A stretch of DNA of 64,000 bases from Podarcis vaucheri (Eukaryota): assembly GCA_965113315.1 (NCBI GenBank), contig OZ220376.1; one strand, 5' to 3'. Below the pieces are notes generated by a model. The model did not search any database. It saw nothing but the letters and a program-made list of their open reading frames with translations, and was not told where the DNA came from. Each line of letters begins with the position of its first letter. Position 1 is the stretch's first letter. Of this stretch, positions 1 to 13,747 are shown one piece after another. Position numbers and translations under genes: made by a program.

Positions 1-132
1 GCCTCCCACTGCTGCCACGCCGTCGTTGTGCGATTTCTGTTCTCATCCTGAAGCAAAGTTCTTAACCCGAGGTACTGTTTTTGGGTTAGCGGAGTCTGTA
101 ACCTGAAGCATCTGTAACCCGAGGTACCACTG
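1..132. mobile_element. Right end of a Tc1/mariner (Tigger-like) MITE
   Basis: Ends CGAGGTACCACTG|TA. Confidence 0.7.
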
Positions 133-1699
133 TAATGTTTCTGAATACCAGCTGCTGGAAGCCTCAGCAAGCAGAGTGCTCTTGTCCTCAAATCCTGCTT
201 GTGGATATCCAACAGGCATCTGGTCAGCCAGAACAGGATGCTGGACTATCCTGATCCAGCAGTATCAGTCGTCTGTTAGCCTGGACCCAGTGGGGATATT
301 CTCCCATCTCTGTTTTTTTAACATTGATTCAAAATATACCCCACATATGCAGCAGAGGGTATCCAACCTTGACCCTCCAGGAGGTTGCTGAACTACAACT
401 TCCATCACCCTTGACTAATGGCTGTGCTCGCTGGGGCTGATGGGAATTGTAGTTCATCAACCTCTGGAGGGCCAAAGGTTCCGCACACCTACTCTAGCCA
501 AACTCAGATACAGGGAAAAAATGCAGCTGTCAGGCAGCATCCAGTAAACTAATTAGAGAACTCACCTTCCAAGTGTGGCTTCTAATGGAGCCACGTAATA
601 CACTGTGCAGAGAAAATATATATAAAACACAACCACCAAGGAAAAAGCTCTCAAAAACAGACCAGTGATGATTGGGCATGCTTAGCGAACACAGTATGCT
701 GAGTGTTGGGAGAAGGGAAAATGGAAAACTCAGTTGGCAGTGGAATAGAATGGAGTATTCTGGGAGGGGGCATGGCTGGCTGGCTGGCTAGCACCCTCAG
801 CAGGAGCACTCCATACTGCAATGTTTTGTGTAGGTATGCTATGGTGAGCATGTTAGAAATATGCAGCAAATGGGACCCTGTGGACCAGCCAGACAAATTT
901 ATCAGCAATGTTTGTTTTTCATTTGCATGTTAAGCTTTTGCAGAATTTTTTTTTGGTAAGTATTTTTGAATATTAAATACAAGTTTTCTAATTTTAAAAA
1001 AGGAAAGAAAATGACATCGCTGCATGTAATTAAGCACTCCTTGTGGTTGGGGTGGAGGAGTCTGAGAACAGAGGGGAAAATATGTGCTCCCTCTCAAGAC
1101 ATCCACTGAATTTCAGAATCATAAAGAATTGCCTGAGGCTAGTGTGGTATCTTGACACTTACTTGGAGCCACAAAGGAATTAGGAAAAAGTGCTGGAGGC
1201 GTGCAGAAAGGATACGTCAACATCCAGAATACGCCATCTCACTTTTATGTCTAAGTGGAGACTATTTTATTCTTCCAACTCATAACAGTTTGTATATATG
1301 TTTGGTGCTTTTTCAATACTTGTACTAAGTTATTTCCCCCTGGCTGACTTTTAGGCAGGTTTCATATTGATTTTATGCTGCTTGCGTTTATGCTGGCTGT
1401 TTAGATTTCGTTTGTGTCTGTACGTGCTGAACTGTATTGCATGGAGCTAGCTTGTGCCGTTTAAACTTTTTTGAGGTTGCATTTCCATTCTTTAAATAAG
1501 CATGTGAATTGCCTAGAAGAGTTAGGGGGTGAGCGGGATAGAAATGGAGCAAATAAATAAATAAAAATATTTGTGGATATGGGGAAGCATATTTAACAGC
1601 ACCAAATTCTAACTGTGCCTACTCAGAAGCAAACCCTATTGATTTCAGTGGGACTTACCGGTACTCCCAGCTTAGTGAAATTAGGACTGCAGCCCCAGA

Positions 1700-1840
1700 T
1701 CCTGGATAGTTCAGTTGGCTAGAGTGCGGTACTGATAATGCCAGGGTTGAAGGTTCAATCCCCGTATGGAACAGCTGCATATTCCTCCATTGCAGGGGGC
1801 TGAACTAGATGACCCTGGGGGTCCCTTCTATGATTCTAGG
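1700..1840 (+). mobile_element. tRNA-derived SINE with CR1-like 3' tail
   Basis: A box TAGTTCAGTTGG and B box GGTTCAATCC, then GGGGGCTGAACTAGATGACC...TTCTATGATTCTA. Confidence 0.7.
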
Positions 1841-4800
1841 TTCGTACCAAAGGCTCCCTGAAATGTATCAGAGTTGCTATCCATTCAGAGATAGTAAAAA
1901 TTTGCCCAGCAGAAGGTATTACTTACAAGTCCCATGTAATGTTACCTTGTTTTTAAATTCTTCAGCCTTTCCTCTCACTCTATAATTATATCTCTACACT
2001 TCTCAAACAGAAAGACATAAAAGCGAGTGCTGGGAGATAGGAATAAAAAGCAGATAAAGTCAAAAGAGGGAAATGCAAATGGGGTGGAGGAAAGCATCAA
2101 AGGAAAAAGAAAGACTGTGTGTGAGTATGTGTGCTTTCATTCTCTGCCTTTCTTCAGGGGGCAGAAATATTACCTGTAGCACCTGGTGGGGGTACAAAAG
2201 TCATCCCTGTAGTACCAAAACCCATCTAAAGCAATTTGGGGAAAGAATGGTTTATTTTTGCCTCCAAGCACAAGCCCAGAGAAAGGAACAAATAGAGAAA
2301 ACGAAATCAAAGGGGCCTGATGTATTAAAAAGATGCTGTCCGTATCAGATCAAGGATCCATCTAGTCCAGAATCTTAAATTTATTATTTCCATTTATAAA
2401 TTGCTTACACCTGGAGATCTCAAAGTGGCTTACAGTACAAAGAAAAAAAAACACAAATATATACAATGATTTACATAATAAAGACCAAACACATAAACAC
2501 TATCCATATCCACAAAATCAATATTCGTCAATACAGGCAAACAGTGCTTGACCTGGATAGGCCCAGGTACACAAGAAGGGATAGTTCATCTCCAGCACCT
2601 GATATTCAGAGGTATATTGCACCTGAAATCTGAGCTTCCATGTAGCTATTATGACTAAGAGCTCTTGGCAGCCATATCCTTCATGCATATATCTAATCCA
2701 GGGTTTTTCAAACGTGGGTATCCAGCTGCTTTTGGACTACAATTCCCATCATCTCTGACTACCAGTCCTGGTAGGGATGGTGGGAATTGTAGTCCAACAA
2801 CAGCTGGAGACCCAAATTTAGGAAGCCTTGATCATATCCTTTAACAATTTGGTGGGTCAGGACCCACTACTGGGGTTGTGTCCAGGAGAAAGAGAGAGTG
2901 TTTGGATTTTATATCCTGCCTTATCACTACCTTAAGGAGTCTCAAAGCAGCTCACAATCTCCTTTCCCTTACTCCCCCACAACAAACATTCTGTGAGGTG
3001 AGTGAGGCTGAGAGACTTCAGAGAAGTGTGACTGGCCCAAGGTCACCCAGCAGCTGTGTGTGAAGGAGTGGAGACGCGAACCTGGTTCACCAGATTACAA
3101 GTCTACTGCTCTTAACCACTACACCAAGCTGGCTCTCAGTGCTGCCAGATCTGAAAGGGGCCTTGGCAAGGGCCCCTCCATGCCACCCTGACCACTGTCC
3201 CACCTCTGTTTTCTCTCTGCTGCTGTTGCCACCACTATTTCTCTCCCCAAATATTCCCAGGGCTGCACTGCCTGCCTCGTTATGTGGTATTCACATTCTC
3301 CTCTGGGCCCAAGATCACCAACCAGACCCATAGCCAATTTGAAAATGAAATGGAGAGGAAGTAGGGTCCTACTTCCCCCTCAGCTCAGTTTTCAAAATGG
3401 CTGCCACCACTGAGATTTCAGTCAAACCACCACTCGGAGCCACATGGCTGGATTGTACAGTGCATTTTTGCCCCTTTATGCAGTTCCTTTACAGAGGGAT
3501 AAACAGCAGCCAGGGATCTCCTCAGTACATTTTGCTCCCTGAGGCGAAGGAGATGACGGTGCCTCCCCCATCCCGTGTATAAAATCTGACCAGGCTGGCA
3601 GGGACAGATCTACTATGAAACTTCTCAGCAGTGGTGCCCTCCCTGTGGGACGCCCTCCCTTCGGATGTCAAGGAAATAAACAACTATCTGACTTTTAGAA
3701 GACATTAGGAAATGTTTTTAAGGACAGGTGTTTTTATTATGTTTTTAGATAGGTTGTAAGCCTCCCAGAGTGGCTGTGGAAACCCAGCCAGATGGATGGG
3801 GTATAAATAATTAAATTATTATTAATAATAATAATCTTAAACTTCAGGGCCCCTAATCCCAGAGGGGCCCCAGAAGCAACTATAGTCCACATTGCTATAG
3901 TTCAGTATAGTCCACAGTGTTTAACGCATATATATATATATAAACATTTTCCTAATTTTCACACTCACACACACCGCCCATCACTTGAAAACTGTAAGGC
4001 ATTCACACCAGTGACTTTGACATGTGAGATTTTAATCTGAGGTGTAGTAGTTATTTATTTTTTTTAGTGGTGATCAGTCATGGAACATGAAAACAAGAAA
4101 ACAGTGGCTACCCAGACATTGTTGGTTGCGAAGGGGCACCCATAGCAATTCATGGGAAGAGCACCAAGGGTGACTTGTTTTTTATGCTCCAGAGCTAAGG
4201 ATTTAGGAAAACTAAGGTTGCAAGAGAATGGTGTGCAAGTTCTATTTAGGGACAATGGAACTTCAAGGAAAACACACCTTAAGGCACTCTGGAAGAAGAT
4301 ATCGGAGCACTTCAAATCATTTGCCTATGTGTGTGCTGGAAAATAATAGCTCTAACTGAAAGGCAACATATGGAGTTTTATGCATTTATCATGGCAGTGT
4401 ATCCCAAATAATGATTATTATTATTGCATAATCTTGGAAGATTGTATAATCCTAGAAGGGAGAGAGGCTTTGAGGAAGTGTAGCTATCATGAATGGACCC
4501 TGCATTTCTGAATTTTCCACTACATTACTGCTGGAATTGGTCCAGAGGGGCAAAGGTGATCAGCAGTGAAAAAGAGATGGAACCATTCAAAGGCGCCTCA
4601 AAATCTGGCCATTACTGGCAGAAAACCTACTTTTCTCTCCTTTGTCAAGGTCTCAGTAACCCAGGCATTATATTGTTCCAGGAAACAGGCAGGACATCTT
4701 AAAGAAATAGAACAAAACACGTCTAAGAAATCTGGTTTCGTTCTCCCACTCTTTCCAATAGTCTCTCCAACAGGAAAAAACCCATAAAAGACCATAGAAG

Positions 4801-7800
4801 CTTCTGGCAGCCTACTGACATTTGAAATGTCAAAGCTATTTTTACGGCCATCTCCCAAAATTCTCATCTCTCCCCCACACCAATCGCTGAAGATATCCAG
4901 GTCTCACCGGCTTCTCAAGGCTAGGTATCTCACTTGTTTTAAAGGGGGAGGGGAGCACACACACACACAACTCTTCTTATTTCAGAAATATAAGTCATAT
5001 AAACTGGGACTTATGACAAACAGAGCCCAGGAAGATTCCAGATCCTGTGTGGGCGCGGTCAACTACAGGAAGTGACTGGCCAGAATTAGGAGAGAAGTCA
5101 CTGCAGGTTCGTTTCAGATCTTGAGGTGGGGATGTGTATTTGTTCTCGAATCCTTACATTGGCCAAGTTTGTATGACATGGTAAACCAAGGGGGTTGTCC
5201 CAGGCCCCATGGCGCCCAGCCAGTAAAGGATATGAATGCGGGATCTGCCAGAGAAGGGGTAGGAGGATCTTGGGGTTGGAAGTGGGGAAGAGTTCAGACA
5301 ATAAAGAGGAAGAGGGTCCCATTGTGCAGTTGCTGGGTGTCCTTGTAAGAGAAGGTGAGTTGACGGAGGCAGATCCTGCCCCACTTCCTGAGAGCAAAAT
5401 TCCAAGGGAGCTGAGCCAGCCAGGTTGGAGGCAGAGTTGAGTCGGAGGGCTGGATTCGGGCTTGTTTATCGATTGATTGATTGATTGATTGATTGATTAC
5501 ATCTATAGCCCACCTTTCCTCCTAGGAGCTCAAGGTGGTGTACATTGCCCTCATCCTCCCCTCTTTCTCCTCACAACATTCCTATGAGGTAGATTAGGCT
5601 GAGAGCAGGCGACAGCCCAAGGTCACCCATTGAGCTTCATAGCTGTAGCCCAGCAATGCTGGAAGGAGGGATGAGGGAGGAATTTGAATCAGTTCTCAAA
5701 GGTGAATCTATAAAACCCGCACTTTCTGAAACACCAGAGATCTGAAATACAGCCATTCTTTGACAGTCACACATCTATGAACTTTGAAATTCAGTTGTGC
5801 AGCTAGCCACAAAAATGCACATATTTGGGCAATGTCTGCATAACAATGAAGGTAAGAGTTAAAATAACATACAAAATGCATTATATTTGCTTGCAAAAAT
5901 GGGTACTGCATAAACTGCATACAGAATGTGTTTTCGGAGAGAAATTTGCTCTAAAACACATGAATTTTCATGAGGATTTCTTTTTTTAAAAAGCAAATTG
6001 TTTCAGGACTGTGTAGAACTGGATTTTGGGCTGGAAAAATGAGAAACTGAGAGGGCTGAAGCGAACAGATCCTTCCACCCTTGTCTAGAGGGCCACAGAT
6101 TCCTCACCTCTGCTGTAAACTCTATAAATGGTTTATTTTCATTTGAAACAAACAAACAAACGAAATATTTCAGTTGGCATTTATGTGGCAACAGCACTAG
6201 AGACAGCTGAGCAAAAAGATCCACAATGAGACTTTTCAAAGCTTACAGCATGGATGGGGACCCTGTGGCCATCCAGACGTTGTTAGATTACAACTCCCAT
6301 CACCCCCAACCATTCATTCATGTTGTCTGGGGCTGATGGAGTCCAACAATATCCAAAGCAGCGGTTCTCAACCTGTGGGTCCCCAAATGTTGTTGGACTA
6401 CAACTCCCATCATCCCTGAGCTCTGGCCTTGCTAGCTAGGGGTGATGGGAGTTGTAGTTTAACAACATCTGGGGACCCACAGGTTGAGAAAGGCTGATCC
6501 AAAGGGTCACAAGCTCCCCATCTCTGGCCTGCAGTTTTAAAAGTGCCAGGTGGTTTTGTTTGCTTGATAAGCTGCTCCTGGAACACCTGCATTTACAAAT
6601 TTAGTTGCAAAGAGAAGCCCATGGCTGCAGTTGCATCTTGACATTGCAAACCTTTGCAAACTGCTTTGAGGTTTTATTACAATCAAGTAATATATAAATT
6701 TTGTGAAATAAAATAAATAAATCCTATGGAAATTTATTCAGGAATTTTCTTGGGAGGTGGGGGAAAGAAGTTTGATTCAGTTCACGTATAACGATGAACC
6801 AACCTAATCTGCATTTTTTGAAACAATCTGCAAACGTAAAACACAGCCATCCTTCAAAATGCGCATTTGTCTGATGTTTTCAATTCAATTTTCCAGCCAA
6901 ATTATACATAGGGTAAAGTGTGCATGGAAATGCCAAGATTTATGTGAATAAGATGCAGAAATGCATTATAGCAGGAAGAATTACTTTGTAAGCATAGGTA
7001 TATCAGGCAAAATCGCATACAAAAAATTGTATATTGGTCAGCTTTCACACCAAACACACAAACACAAGCTTTTGCAAGCGCTTTCAAGGGAATTCTCAGA
7101 AAAGTTTGATCCCTTTTCAGGTGAGCAACAGGATGCTCATGCATGTCTGCAAAATCCAACCATCTGGTCACCCCCAAGGCAAATTTAATGGAGTACATCT
7201 CGACACTATCCTGCCCCTTATTTGGTAATTCCTGAAACTTCAGGAAGAGGAGGCAGAGGAGAGGCAAACCGAAGATCGGGGGTAGATGATTCACGGGCTC
7301 TAAATCACTTGACAGCCATGGCTGAAACATATCCTGGTCTGAACTTGCACATAAGACGCTGGAAATGCTAGCCACACTTATGCAGAATTCTGGACCCTCA
7401 GCTCTTCCTAGACGTTTTCTCAAATGAGGAAGGATCTCCTCTACTGTATTCCTCTCTCTTAACCTGCACCATGTTTTCGTTCTTGTTCTCCCTGTACAGC
7501 CACGTTTCATTTCAGGACCCTCCAGTTTGCAGAGATGACATCATCCAAGGTAATGAGCTAGCAAGGCAGAAAAAATGAGTTCCACACTCCAGAAAACTCA
7601 CATCTCAAAAGGGTAGGGGGAGGACAAGAAATGTCACACCATCAGCCCCGAAGGGGTTGAGCTAGCTGGTGTTCCGACTCCAGGGCTCTGTCTCTGTTTT
7701 GTTTCCTCTTCTTCTTCTTTAATTGCATGTTGCTTAATTACTGCCGTTATGCTTTCTGATCACTAGCAAGTGAGGACAAAATTGAAGAGGATTAAAAAAA

Positions 7801-8255
7801 AAGTTAATGAAAGTATGTAGGAAAGGAAGCAGCAACTGATGAAGTACACAAAAGAGTTTCCTTCTGCGCTGGCTTGAAATATTCGAAGAACGAAGCCAGG
7901 CACAAACTACATGCAACTGGTACACCTTCCTGCCAAGTGGCGGCTGTCATTTTGAATGAAAAGCAGCGGCAAGAGACTGGGATCAGAAGCACGACCATTT
8001 CCCTTCCTTCCAATTGTGCTCTCAGAGGACCCCTCCAAAATGGAGTCATACCCACACCATACATTTAAAGCATTTTCATACTACTTTAACAAGCAGTGCT
8101 GGGAACTGTAGTTCTGTGAGGGGTAAATCACAGAGTGGGTGCATTCTGAAATGTATCATTGATGCAATAACAGTGCATTAGCGTTGAATTTAAACTAGAC
8201 ATGGCATGCCTCTTTATTAATTGCTCAGCGATGCTTCCCCGGTGTTATCACGTTA

Positions 8256-8456
8256 CAGCCATACCTCGGGTTACAGATGCTTCAGGTTGCGTTTTTTCAG
8301 GTTACGGACCGCCAAAACCCAGAAGTAACGGAATGGGTTACCTCCGGGTTTTGGCGGTTACGCATATGCAGAAGCGCTAAATTGCACTTTGCGCATGTGC
8401 AGAAGCGCTGAATCACAACCCGCGCATGCACAGAAGTGCTGAATCGCAACCTGCGT
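8256..8456. mobile_element. Truncated Tc1/mariner (Tigger-like) MITE
   Basis: TA|CAGCCATACCTCGGGTTAC start; internal GCGCATG(C/T)GCAGAAG-like repeats. Confidence 0.65.
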
Positions 8457-10532
8457 GTTAGCCTCTCTGAGCCTGGCTAAGGCTGGGGAGGGCGGGATAT
8501 AAATAAATTTTTGTTTTTATTTTTGTTTTTATTTATTTCCCAGCCCCATGGATGGGAAAGGACCTGGCTGGGGGACTTTTGAGTGGACAAAGGCACTGGC
8601 AGAACACTCTGGGGTTTTTTGGCAGTTACCACAATGCCCCAGTGCAGCCACTACAATAGGGTAGAGATGTGGGCAGAATGGGGAGAACACAGGGAGAACA
8701 GGGGTGGCCCAAGATGTTTTGGTCCCTGGGGAGAAATGCCTCACTGCCTCCCCCACGTTGGGAAGAGCATGGAACTGCAAGGACTTCCCCTCAAGGAGTC
8801 CAGGCAAAGCCTCATCACCCTGTTGGGTGGAGGAGGTGGGAAACCAGCAGCAATGCTGGGCTGTGAAATGCCTCCCCTCTTGCTGAGCTGGCAGAGCTTT
8901 GCTGCTGGTCCTTCTCTGCCCCTGGGGGTAGGAGAGACAAGCAGCAAAGCTGGGCGGCAGAACTCTGTGCTACTGTGCCGCTGCCACCTTGCCTGGGTTT
9001 CTTCTCCAGTGGCGGTGGGGCAAGTGGATATCTGTGGAGGCACCAGCTCTTGCATTTCTGCCACCTGAGGCAGCTGTTTCACCCTCCCTCATGGGTGGGC
9101 TGGCTCTAGAGGGGGAGAACACACACAGCCTCTCCGTCCAGGTAATCAAGAAGCAGTTGGAGCTTGAGGAGAGGGTGGAGCAGAGATTATGGAAATTATA
9201 GTCCACCATATTGCCTACCCCTAGACTGCGGGCAGAGTCCTGAGAGCCAGATAGAGAGGCACAGAGGGCCTGAATCTCCCCACCTCTTGCTGCATGTGAA
9301 TACTGTGTCTTGTCTGAACCGTATTGCTATCTTCTTCCTAGCAGTGGAGAATAGCATTCACACACAAAGTAAGCACTTGTCCCCACTAGGGATAGACGAA
9401 TAAGTCAAATTTGCTTTCTCTCAGATTTCCAGTTTACCAACTGCAAGTTCAGTTCTCCACATTTCCGTACCTGTTTGCAATGTTCTTTCTCATGAAAATT
9501 AATCAGCACGAATGTTGCTTAACATACACAGTTTTGCAGGGCAATTTGCTTGGGTAGAATGCATTTTATGTTCTTTATACCAATATATGCACACTTTACC
9601 CTAGTATGTGCATTACTAGGTTGGATAGCTGCATTGCAAAATTCAGGAAAGAGCGACTTTTGAAAGGATGGCTGGGCTTTGTATTGTTTTGGAAAGTTTG
9701 AACTAGGTAAGTTCACCTTTAAATGTGAACTGTTGCCCAAGGCTACGCGTATTCCAACTTCACCATCGCACCCTGATTGCCAGGCTTCTGCAGGATCAAG
9801 CCAAAAAAGTCTGTGCACCAACTTTCAGAGAGCAGTCTCAAAGGGAGAAAAACAACAGGAAGCTTGACTGAATGAAGCAGAGACCAAGGTGAAGAGTGGC
9901 AGGTACTCAGATGACTCAAAGGGCTGCTTTGTGTCTCTATCAGAGCAGAAAATTGCCCATCAGATAGATGTGATCAGCCCAATAATGCACGTCTGGAAAG
10001 GCTATTAAGGCACATTACAGGCTGGGAAAACAGGAAGCACAGCTGCCAGGCAAAGCCTCTTAATCCACATCCATTTGCTAGCTCCGTCTGTATTTCAGCC
10101 AAGTGGAGAAGAGGGTAGGGGAAATTACATAGCGACTCTCTTCATGTTAGCAAATTATGTGTATACATAGAATTATAGAGCTCAAGGGGGCCTTGGAGGT
10201 CATCTAATCTAAGCCCTTGTCCAGTGCAGAGGTCCTAGGGCATCTTCAGCAGGTGCAGCTTCTGCTAGGTTCATTTTCAGAAAAATTGCTGAAAGCTGCT
10301 TTGCAGGCAGAGTCACAATTCTTATCAACTACTGCAGCTAAGCGTGTCTCATTCCTGTTTAATGTCCAGCCTTGGGAAACTTGACTGCCTCCCTTAATCC
10401 CACTATTGCTGGCATTGCAGAAAGGACAGTGATGCCCCATTTCGGGTATTGTAGCTGCCTACCTATTAAATTTGAACTGGCTCCAAGAGCAACGGTTGAA
10501 ATGTGACCCTTTCCACAAGTATTTGTCTAAGC

Positions 10533-11203
10533 CATGGGTAGGCAAACTAAGGCCCAGGGCCGAATCCGGCCCAATCGCCTTCTAAATTTGGCCGGCAGAC
10601 GGTCCGGGATTCAGCGTGTTTTTACATGAGTAGAATGTGTGCTTTTATTTAAAATGCATTTCTGGGTTATTTGTGTGGCATAGGAATTCATTCACCCCCC
10701 CAATATAGTCCGGCCCCCCACAAGGTCTGAGGGACAGTGGACCGACCCTCTGCGGAAAAAGTTTGCTGACCCCTGGTCTAGACTGAATGGCAGCAGCTCT
10801 CTAGAGTTTCAGACAGGGAGCTCTCCCAGCCTTGAACCTGAGACCATGAGCTCTGGGATCTGCATGTAAATTAGATGCTCTACCAATGAGCCACAGCCTC
10901 TTCCCTTTTTATAACTTTTCTCTTTTACTTAACTGATCGATAGTGCTTTGCATTGCCAGAAAAGTGGGAAGCCCTATAAAAATAACCTGTAATGTATACA
11001 CTCCACGGACAATCCGGCCCACGGACAGTCCGGGAATCAGCGTGTTTTTACATGAGTAGAATGTATCCTTTTATTTAAAATGCATCTCTGGGTTATTTGT
11101 GGGGCATAGGAATTTGTTCATTTCCCCCCCAAAAAAATAAAGTCCGTCCCCCCCACAAGGTACAGTGGACCAGCCCCCTGCTGAAAAAGTTTGCTGACCC
11201 CTG
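10533..11203. mobile_element. Composite hAT (Charlie-like) MITE carrying a templated copy of 27395-27905
   Basis: Outer TSD gtctaagc / gtctaagt (10525-10532, 11204-11211); two right ends (10775, 11203) separated by captured flank DNA. Confidence 0.85.
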
Positions 11204-11789
11204 GTCTAAGTAGATGTCTCATACCCCTAGGCTGCATACACACCAAACAGTTAAAGCACATGACTTCCCCAAAGAATCCTGGGAACTGTAGCTTATTAAG
11301 AGTGCTGGGAACTCCAGCTCTGTAAGGGGAAAACTACAGCTCCCAGAATTCTTTGGGAGAAGTCATGTGCTTTAAACTGACAGTCAATCTCTTCAACACA
11401 GCTCGTGTTCTGCCTCCCCACTGAAACCACAGACTAAATGTCCTGTGAAGAGCTGACCTCTTGTCTTAGTACATGAATTTGCTGCCTCATTTGCCTTTAG
11501 TAATAAACATAGCATATTGGAGGAGAGACTTGAAGCTGGCTTCCCCATTGGCTGGTGTCAAACTGACAAGTGACATTAAGCCCCAGGCCCTATTGGCAAA
11601 CACAAGCAAACAAACACACACACATCATGGTAAATTTACTTCCAAAGGTAATATCTTACATAAGAAAAAGAGGATTTTCCAGGAGCTGGAGAGAAATTGC
11701 CTGGCACAAGGAACTGCTGTCTATCCCGGCTCAAATTCATATATGGATATATGTATTTAGACTATATATATATAAAACTATCAACATTA

Positions 11790-11975
11790 ACTCTCAGCTT
11801 GCCATGGAACAGACTCCCTCGGGTGGTGGTGGTGGTCTCTCCTTCACTGGAGGTTTTTAAGCAGAGGGTGGGTGGCCATTTGTCAGGAATTCTGTACTAT
11901 GATTCCTGCACTGCAGGGGTTGGACTTGATGACCTTTGGGATCCCTTCCAGCTCTACAGTTCTAGGATTCTATGA
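11790..11975 (+). mobile_element. CR1 LINE 3' end
   Basis: PSLEVFKQR motif, GGGGTTGGACTTGATGACC and ATTCTATG tail. Confidence 0.75.
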
Positions 11976-12227
11976 ATAGAAAGTCAGGCTAGAGAACTTA
12001 CCATTGTTATTTCAGTTTATTTTTTAGATAGAGAAAGGTGTAAAAATGTGTTTACCTTGAAATAAAACTAACACTACTGATCTGAGGTGGATTGGAGGGC
12101 TGTGCCCTGAAAGGCACAAGATTCCTCCTTTCTTTTTATGGTTCTTGAAACCAGATTTGGAGCCAACATCAAACTTAGTCAGACTACTGGCCTATCTAGC
12201 TCACTATTGTCTATTGGCAATTATTAG

Positions 12228-12611
12228 CAAGTGGGTGGCACTGTGGTCTAAACCACTGAGCCACTTGGACTTGCCGATCATAAGGTCGGCAGTTCAAGTC
12301 CGTGCAATGGGGTGAGCTCCCGTTGCTCTGTCCCAGCTCCTGCCAACCTAGCAGTTTGAAAGCATACCAGTGCAAGTAGATAAATAGCTACCACTACAGC
12401 AGGAAGGTAAACGACGTTTCCATGCACTCTGGCTCTTGTCACGGTGTCCCATTGCACCAGAAGCGGTTTAGTCATGCTGACCACATGACCCGGAAAGCTG
12501 TCTGTGGACAAACGCCGACTCCCTCGGCCTGAAAGCGAGATGAGCACCACAACCTCATAGTCACCTTTGACTGGACTTAACTGTCCAGGGGTCCTTTACC
12601 TTTATTTTACC
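12228..12611 (+). mobile_element. Sauria (Squam1) SINE, older subfamily
   Basis: tRNA-like head GGTGGCACTGTGGTCTAAACCAC, core GCCAACCTAGCAGTTTGAAAGCA, ACCTTT tail. Confidence 0.85.
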
Positions 12612-12770
12612 TGTCTATTGGAAAGTGGCTCTCCAGGGTTTCCGGCACAGTATCTGTCCTGGAGATGCCAAGGATTGAACTTGGGACTTTCTGCATGCAA
12701 ATATGTTCTGCCACTGAGCTACAGCCCTTCCTCAAATAAACTCCTTCAGAGTACTGTTCTGTGTAAAGTA

Positions 12771-13747
12771 CATAGCTGTCAACTTACAGATTTGAAAATA
12801 AGGGACCAGCAGCCTCGAAAATAAGGAATCAGCAGCCAAAATAAGGGATTTTAGTCAACCAGCTGAAATGCGAAGTTAAAAGGGAACAGATAATTTTGGA
12901 GAGCAGCACCGGTTTTTAGCCCTTCGTTTCCAGAGGTTGCTGCTCAAGACATCAGCTGATGAAACACTGCGATTAAATAACTACAAGCAGCAACCACTTT
13001 TCGAGCAAAACGAAGTCCAAGCTACGAAGATGCTGCTGCAGTTCTGTATCTTTTCTCTCGTGCTCCATCTGCAGCTCTCAGTTCCATCAGGCGGGGTGGG
13101 AGGAGGGGGGTGGAAATGGCGCCCAAAGTAAACCCGCAGATCAGACCATCTATGCTAGTCTACCACTACAAATCTACAAAGCGCTTGCAGTCCTCCTTCC
13201 GCTTCCCCCCTCTGTGGTTAGCCCTTGGAATACCCGCCCGCGCCTCCACCTCTGCCTCCTCCTCCTCCTCTCCTCTCTGAACTGCTTTCTCTATGGTTGC
13301 CCTCACTCACCTCACAAGGCTCTGCAGCAATTCATAGGCCGTGCCAGGCTGCCCATCTCATCTAGGTCCTTCGGCGGTGCAACCGCAGTACGGCTTAGCG
13401 GGAGGGGCGGCGGTAGCAACGGGCAGAGGGGAGGCCCCAGGCAGAGACGCTCAGTTCAGCAGCCACAAGGAGGATGGCGGCAGAAGGCCCTGAGGCTCCC
13501 GCCAGTCCCAGCAGGAAGGGGCTCCCAGGGGCAGAGGCTGGTGAGAGGAGGCTGGAAGAGGGCATGCCGGGCAGCCAAGCAACACAGCTGGAGCCCCCTC
13601 CTCCCTGGCAGGCAGGGAGGGAGGGAGAGGAGCTGCTTCCTATGAAACCCGGGAAATTTAAGGGACATCATCAATAAGCGACAGCAGCGGGACACGGCGC
13701 TGGGATAAGGGAATTTCTTGCCAAATAAGGGACGGTTGACAGCTATG
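12771..13747. mobile_element. Non-autonomous hAT element, 977 bp, GC-rich interior
   Basis: Perfect 13-bp TIR CATAGCTGTCAAC / GTTGACAGCTATG; perfect 8-bp TSD gtaaagta; subterminal AATAAGGGA repeats. Confidence 0.88.

Noticed and set aside
1700-1775. Possible tRNA gene
   Set aside because: Degenerate stems running into a CR1-like tail; this is a SINE head
5170-5460. Acidic ORF-like GC-rich blocks (also ~8580-9310, ~32640-33350, ~41590-41950)
   Set aside because: Look like degenerate LTR-type repeats; boundaries and family not supportable by eye
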